From IMG/VR virus record IMGVR_UViG_3300013426_000029, positions 1 through 64,000 of that record: a stretch of 64,000 nt of DNA; one strand, 5' to 3'. Every line of letters begins with the position of its first letter. The first letter of the stretch is position 1. Positions 63,901 through 64,000 of this stretch are shown one piece after another. Under the pieces are notes generated by a model, which was not told the origin of the DNA, ran no database searches, and saw only the letters and a list, made by a program, of their open reading frames with translations. The position numbers were made by a program, and so were the translations under genes. This DNA comes from a virus. Lineage: Duplodnaviria; Caudoviricetes.

Positions 63901-64000
63901 AATGTTTCAATAGAAGAAATATCAAATAAATTACTCCAACCTATATAACGCCCATTATCATCAAAACTTAAACCCATGATATATGCTTTATCAATATCCG
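60931..64000 (-). CDS. Virion RNA polymerase, catalytic (beta'-like) C-terminal part; TAG-recoded, partial; exons >63998-63021 and 62754-60931
   Basis: DIDKAY at the window edge (tail of the DxDID motif); GKNVIGIAAN; SAATD|NAKEL restored by splicing. Confidence 0.85.
62755..63020 (-). mobile_element. Group I intron 4 (266 nt, no endonuclease) in the RNAP gene
   Basis: IGS GUCAGUUG pairs with exon CAACUGAU; P7 GACUA/UAGUC; AAGAUAUAGUC; ends AAAUUG. Confidence 0.92.

Noticed and set aside
1-64000. CRISPR array, diversity-generating retroelement, retron, or theta (HDV-like) ribozyme at tRNA 3' ends
   Set aside because: No regular repeat-spacer series or RT motifs seen, and tRNA trailers are AT-rich without an HDV-like core; a subtle instance could be missed by eye

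Overview
AT-rich segment of a crAss-like (Crassvirales) Bacteroidota phage genome with two genetic codes. The + strand (1-53980) starts with a tRNA island holding five tRNAs, three twister ribozymes, GNRA hairpins and three TAG(amber)=Gln-recoded ORFs that the ORF track fragments. A long standard-code replication and nucleotide-metabolism arm follows: RNase H, SF2 helicase, DnaB, an AAA ATPase split by two group I introns, SSB-like protein, primase, a resolvase with one early TAG, exonuclease, dUTPase, ligase, PolB, a Bacteroidota-type sigma70, NrdD with an intein, NrdG, an FTR-like protein, an intron-split phosphoesterase, HNH, thioredoxin, ThyX and a 3D-domain protein. A ~320-nt structured non-coding region lies at 32.4-32.7 kb. 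Past a convergent terminator (~54.0 kb) the - strand carries three giant TAG-recoded genes: the virion RNA polymerase C-terminal part with a group I intron, a zincin-like protein and a PD-(D/E)xK-containing protein. All calls come from reading the sequence by eye; no database search was run.
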